A stretch of DNA of 62,903 nucleotides, counting the filler, from Deltaproteobacteria bacterium (GTDB lineage: Bacteria > JAUYMQ01): NCBI GenBank assembly GCA_030698575.1. It is 10 parts of 10 records of this genome, joined end to end, with 100 filler letters (N's around TTAATTAATTAA, not from the genome) between each part and the next. Parts side by side here need not be neighbours in the genome. Positions count along the whole stretch, not along the records: positions 56,165 to 59,841 come from JAUYMQ010000635.1; positions 59,942 to 62,903 come from JAUYMQ010000646.1; 8 more parts are not named here. One strand, written 5' to 3'. The stretch's first letter is position 1. Each line of letters begins with the position of its first letter. A program made the position numbers and the translations under genes. Positions 59,410 to 62,903 of this stretch are shown here, one piece after another. The notes below the pieces were generated by a model, which saw only the letters and a list, made by a program, of their open reading frames with translations, made no database searches and was not told the origin of the DNA.

Positions 59410-59457
59410 ATTAAGTGGGACAGTCCCTCTTATTAAGAGGGACTGTCCCACTTAATT
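59409..59457. repeat. GGGACAGTCCC-type palindrome, locus 2
   Basis: 24-bp perfect arms with 1-nt centre, nearly identical to 34172-34221. Confidence 0.9.
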
Positions 59458-59470
59458 GTCCGGGTGACGC

Positions 59471-59841
59471 GTGCGGAACGTGAAGCTCATCATCGAGTAT
59501 GAGGGAACGGCCTACGCCGGCTGGCAGATCCAACCGGGCGTCAGAACGATCCAGGAGGTCCTCGAGGAGAAGCTCGCCGTCATCCTTCGCCATCCCGCCC
59601 GCGCCGCCGCCGCCGGTCGGACCGACGCCGGCGTCCATGCTCGGGGGCAAGTGGTCTCGTTCGCGACCTCCAGCTCGCTTGCGCCGGAGCGGATCCGGAG
59701 CGCGTTGACGAGCATGCTCGGACCTGAGGTCGTGGCGGTTGATGCGCTGGTCGCTGCGGCCGGGTTCGATGCTCGGTTCTCCGCTTCGGCTCGGGTCTAT
59801 CGGTACGTGGTCGACACGGCGGAAGTGCCGGATCCTTTCAC
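59471..59841 (+). CDS. truA: tRNA pseudouridine(38-40) synthase, 3' truncated
   Basis: IEYEGT.YAGWQ, AGRTDAGVHA and FDARFSA motifs. Confidence 0.95.
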
Positions 59842-59941
59842 NNNNNNNNNNNNNNNNNNNNNNNNNNNNNNNNNNNNNNNNNNNNTTAATTAATTAANNN
59901 NNNNNNNNNNNNNNNNNNNNNNNNNNNNNNNNNNNNNNNNN

Positions 59942-60363
59942 CCCTTCGCCTGATCGGTGACCAGGCTCAGCACGATCGGGAACTTCTGCCCCACGAGCCC
60001 CTTGCCCAGCCCGTCGGCGCCATGGCAGGGGGTGCAGAAGGTGGTGAAAAGCTTCTTTCCGCGCGCCGCCGAGGCCGCTTGGCCGGGGAGCGGATTCCGG
60101 ATGAACTTGTCCGCGTCGAGAAGCGTGACGGGAAAATCTCCGCCGTCGATCGGCACGGTTCCCGCGACCGGCGAGCGCATGGACGGCAGTTTCGGGCCCG
60201 GCGCGTCGTAATTGTCGGTATCGAAAGAGAAGCCGTCCCGCGCCTGCTGGTACTTCATCATCGGGAACCAGGGGCAGCCAGGAAGCGAAAGCCCCGCAAC
60301 GAAGACGAAGGCCAGCGTCACCACGGCCAATCTTGCGAGCTTGGAACCTTTAGGCATACTCAA
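59942..60363 (-). CDS. actE: Monoheme cytochrome c lipoprotein (ActE-like), 3' truncated
   Basis: Signal peptide ending LPGC, MRSPVAGTVP and FCTPCHG; operon position. Confidence 0.75.
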
Positions 60364-60871
60364 CTCGCACCTCCTCCGCGCCGATGGCGCGGAGCGTTCC
60401 CTCGACCGAAGACATTTTCTCCCGCGTGCAGTTCACGAACACGCCCACGCTGTCTTCCGAGAACCGCGGGTCGTAGGCCGGATGGAGCGCCGTCGGGCCC
60501 AGTTTCGTGTTCAGGAAGAGTCCCGTCAGCGTGGCCAGGGCGCCGAAAAGGATCGTCAGCTCGAAAGCGATAACGACGTACGGGGGAATGGCGGCAGGCA
60601 TCTTCCCGCCGACCATCAGGTCCCAGGTGAGCGCGAGCCCGATGCACAGGACGAATCCCGCGACGCAGCCCGTGAGCCCGCCAATGAGCGTGAACAAGCG
60701 CACCGAGCTCTTGTAGACGTCGAACTCCTCGAGCATTCCGTGGGGCGGCACCGCGGCAAAGATATGGATCTGGCCTGCATACCCCTCTTCCTTCAGCTTG
60801 CGCACGGCCTCGACGGACTTGTGGCCATCCGTGAAAACGCCGAGCACTCCCTCGTTCTTCCTGGCTGTCAT
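60350..60871 (-). CDS. actD: DUF3341 protein (ACIII subunit D)
   Basis: VGGK.P, FELTILF and YDPRFSED; ATG 60871 overlaps the actC stop. Confidence 0.85.
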   Translation of the reverse strand: MTARKNEGVLGVFTDGHKSVEAVRKLKEEGYAGQIHIFAAVPPHGMLEEFDVYKSSVRLFTLIGGLTGCVAGFVLCIGLALTWDLMVGGKMPAAIPPYVVIAFELTILFGALATLTGLFLNTKLGPTALHPAYDPRFSEDSVGVFVNCTREKMSSVEGTLRAIGAEEVRVEYA

Positions 60872-62214
60872 GCGTGGGCCTCCTCGGCCTCTCGCGCCAT
60901 CAGCTCCTTGTACTCGGCGATCGAAACCACCGGGAGCATCTTGATGAACATGAGGAAGTACATCGCCCACCAACCGAAGCTGCCGATGAGGATCGACCAC
61001 TCGACCCAGCTCGGGGTGTAGTAGCGCCACATCGACGGCATGTACTCGTGGGCCAGCGAGGTGACGATGATAACGAAGCGCTCGAACCACATTCCGATGT
61101 TGACGAAGATCGAGATGATGAAGAGCACCATCAGATTGCGCCGCATCTTCTTGAACCAGAGGAGCAAGGGGATGATGCCGTTGCATATGAGCATCGTCCA
61201 GGTCGCCCACCAGTAATCGCCAAAGAGCCGCCACCAGGTGCTCGCCTTCTCAACCGCCTCGCCCGAGTACCACGCGGTGAAGTATTCGACCAGGTAGGCG
61301 TAGAGCACGATGGTCGACGTAACGAGCACCAGCTTCGCCATGTCCTCGAAATGATCGACCGTGATGTACTTCTCGAGGTTGAACAGCTTCCGTAGCGGCA
61401 CGAGAATGGTGATGACCATCCCGAGGCCGGAGAAGATGGCGCCCGCGACGAAGTAAGGGGCGAAGATCGTCGTGTGCCAGCCGGGCACGATCGAGACGGC
61501 GAAGTCCCAGGACACCACCGAGTGCACCGAAAGGACCAGCGGGGTCGCCAGGGCGGCCATGAAGAGATAGGCGCGGTTGTAATGCCGCCACTGCTCATCG
61601 GTCCCCTGCCAGCCAAGCGACAGCACGGTGTAGAACGGCTTCCGCCAGTCCTTGCACCGGTCGCGGGCGGAGGCCACGTCGGGGATAAGACCGACGAAAA
61701 GGAAGAGCGAAGAAACCGTGAGGTAGGTGCTCACCGCGAACACGTCCCAGATCAGCGGCGACTTGAAGTTCGGCCAGACCGTGAGGCGGTTCGGGTAGTA
61801 GGGGAACAGGTAGTAGAACTTCCACACGCGCCCGAGGTGGATCATCGGGAAGAGGCCGGCCGTCATGACGGCGAAGACGGTCATCGCCTCGGCGGAGCGG
61901 TTGACGCTCGTGCGCCACTTGGCACGGAACAGATAAAGAATGGCGGAGATGAGCGTCCCGGAGTGCGCGATACCGACCCAGAAGACGAAGTTGGTGATGT
62001 AGACGCCCCACATCACCGGCGGCGCGTAGCCGGCCACACCCAGGCCCCAGTAGGTCTGGTAGGTGAAGGCGAATGCGCCCAGGCCGACGAGCGACACCAC
62101 GAACGCCAGAAGCAGGTAGTATCCCGGCCCCGGCGCGTCGAGCGTCGCAAGGATGTCCCGGTTGATGTCCCGGAAGACGTCCGCCAGTCGTTTCGGAGCC
62201 GCTGTGACCGCCAT
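60868..62214 (-). CDS. actC: NrfD-family quinol-binding membrane subunit (ACIII subunit C)
   Basis: WGVYITNFVFWVGIAHSGTLISAIL, RSAEAMT, HLGR, SVHSVVSWDFA and MWFERF motifs. Confidence 0.92.
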   Translation of the reverse strand: MAVTAAPKRLADVFRDINRDILATLDAPGPGYYLLLAFVVSLVGLGAFAFTYQTYWGLGVAGYAPPVMWGVYITNFVFWVGIAHSGTLISAILYLFRAKWRTSVNRSAEAMTVFAVMTAGLFPMIHLGRVWKFYYLFPYYPNRLTVWPNFKSPLIWDVFAVSTYLTVSSLFLFVGLIPDVASARDRCKDWRKPFYTVLSLGWQGTDEQWRHYNRAYLFMAALATPLVLSVHSVVSWDFAVSIVPGWHTTIFAPYFVAGAIFSGLGMVITILVPLRKLFNLEKYITVDHFEDMAKLVLVTSTIVLYAYLVEYFTAWYSGEAVEKASTWWRLFGDYWWATWTMLICNGIIPLLLWFKKMRRNLMVLFIISIFVNIGMWFERFVIIVTSLAHEYMPSMWRYYTPSWVEWSILIGSFGWWAMYFLMFIKMLPVVSIAEYKELMAREAEEAHA

Positions 62215-62272
62215 GAGCAATTCCCTCTGATGATTCGCCCGCCTGGGCGTCCTACCCCCGGGCGTCTTGCCT

Positions 62273-62903
62273 CTAGACCTCGTACCCCTCGGCGCGCACG
62301 CGCTTCAGGTACGCGACGGCGGGGCGGACGTTGAGCGCCCCGAGCACATAGTAATGTCGCGGGTCCCGGTGCAGCCGGCTGACCGCGCTCTCGCCGTCCT
62401 TCAGGTTGCCGAAAGTCAACGCGCTTGCCGGGCAGGTTTGCACGCAGGCGGGGGTGACCTCGCCTTCCTGGATCTTTCGCTCCTCGCCCTTGGCCTTCTG
62501 ACGGGCCTCCTGAATGCGCTGCACGCAGAAGGTGCACTTCTCCATGACGCCCTTCGATCGAACGGTGACATCCGGGTTGAGCTGCAGGTGGAGCGGTTCT
62601 GCCCACACATAATGGAAGTAGTTGGACCGGCGCACCTTGTAGGGACAGTTGTTGGAGCAGTAGCGGGTGCCCACGCAGCGGTTGTAGACCTGCCCGTTCA
62701 AGCCCTCGTCGTCGTGGTAGGCGGCGAAGACCGGGCATACGGGCTCGCAGGGCGCAGCGCCGCACTGCTGGCACATCATCGGCAGACTCTGCGCGCGGAA
62801 TCCGCCGTGCTCGTCCTTCTCCACGTAACGCTCGATGCGGATCCAGTTCATGATCCGCCCCTGCGCGAAGTTCTTGAGCCCGCCCAACGTGCCGCCAGAG
62901 GCC
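62273..62903 (-). CDS. actB: Iron-sulfur subunit C-terminus (ACIII subunit B), cut by window end
   Basis: CQQCGAAPCEPVCP, CVGTRYCSNNCPY, EKCTFCVQR and ACVQTCP motifs. Confidence 0.9.
   Translation of the reverse strand, partial: ASGGTLGGLKNFAQGRIMNWIRIERYVEKDEHGGFRAQSLPMMCQQCGAAPCEPVCPVFAAYHDDEGLNGQVYNRCVGTRYCSNNCPYKVRRSNYFHYVWAEPLHLQLNPDVTVRSKGVMEKCTFCVQRIQEARQKAKGEERKIQEGEVTPACVQTCPASALTFGNLKDGESAVSRLHRDPRHYYVLGALNVRPAVAYLKRVRAEGYEV

Overview
This window is not one locus. It is ten short contigs of a high-GC bacterial draft genome or MAG, joined by artificial 100-nt spacers (N44-TTAATTAATTAA-N44) at 7237-7336, 15750-15849, 26594-26693, 37321-37420, 42411-42510, 50501-50600, 53310-53409, 56065-56164 and 59842-59941. 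Adjacency across a spacer therefore means nothing. Gene order (thrS-infC-rpmI-rplT-pheST-ihfA-merR-tRNA-Pro-pcm-nlpD; leuB-asd-asd2-truA; alternative complex III) suggests a deltaproteobacteria-like lineage such as Myxococcota or Desulfobacterota (inference). Most content is housekeeping or acyl-CoA metabolism. Other contents are a Cys-rich MarR-arsM unit, an SHP/diheme cytochrome c pair, two Thr-type sulfatase-like lipoproteins, a fragment of an integrative element with two tyrosine recombinases, and two families of palindromic REP-like repeats. The most striking unexplained signal is in the gap at 45752-46468. It holds an A-tract plus IHF site, a consensus sigma54 promoter, about 415 nt of densely base-paired sequence with no credible ORF, and a perfect intrinsic terminator. 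This is a candidate novel sigma54-dependent large ncRNA, or an attenuated leader of the downstream TonB-family gene. All calls come from reading motifs by eye; no database search was run.
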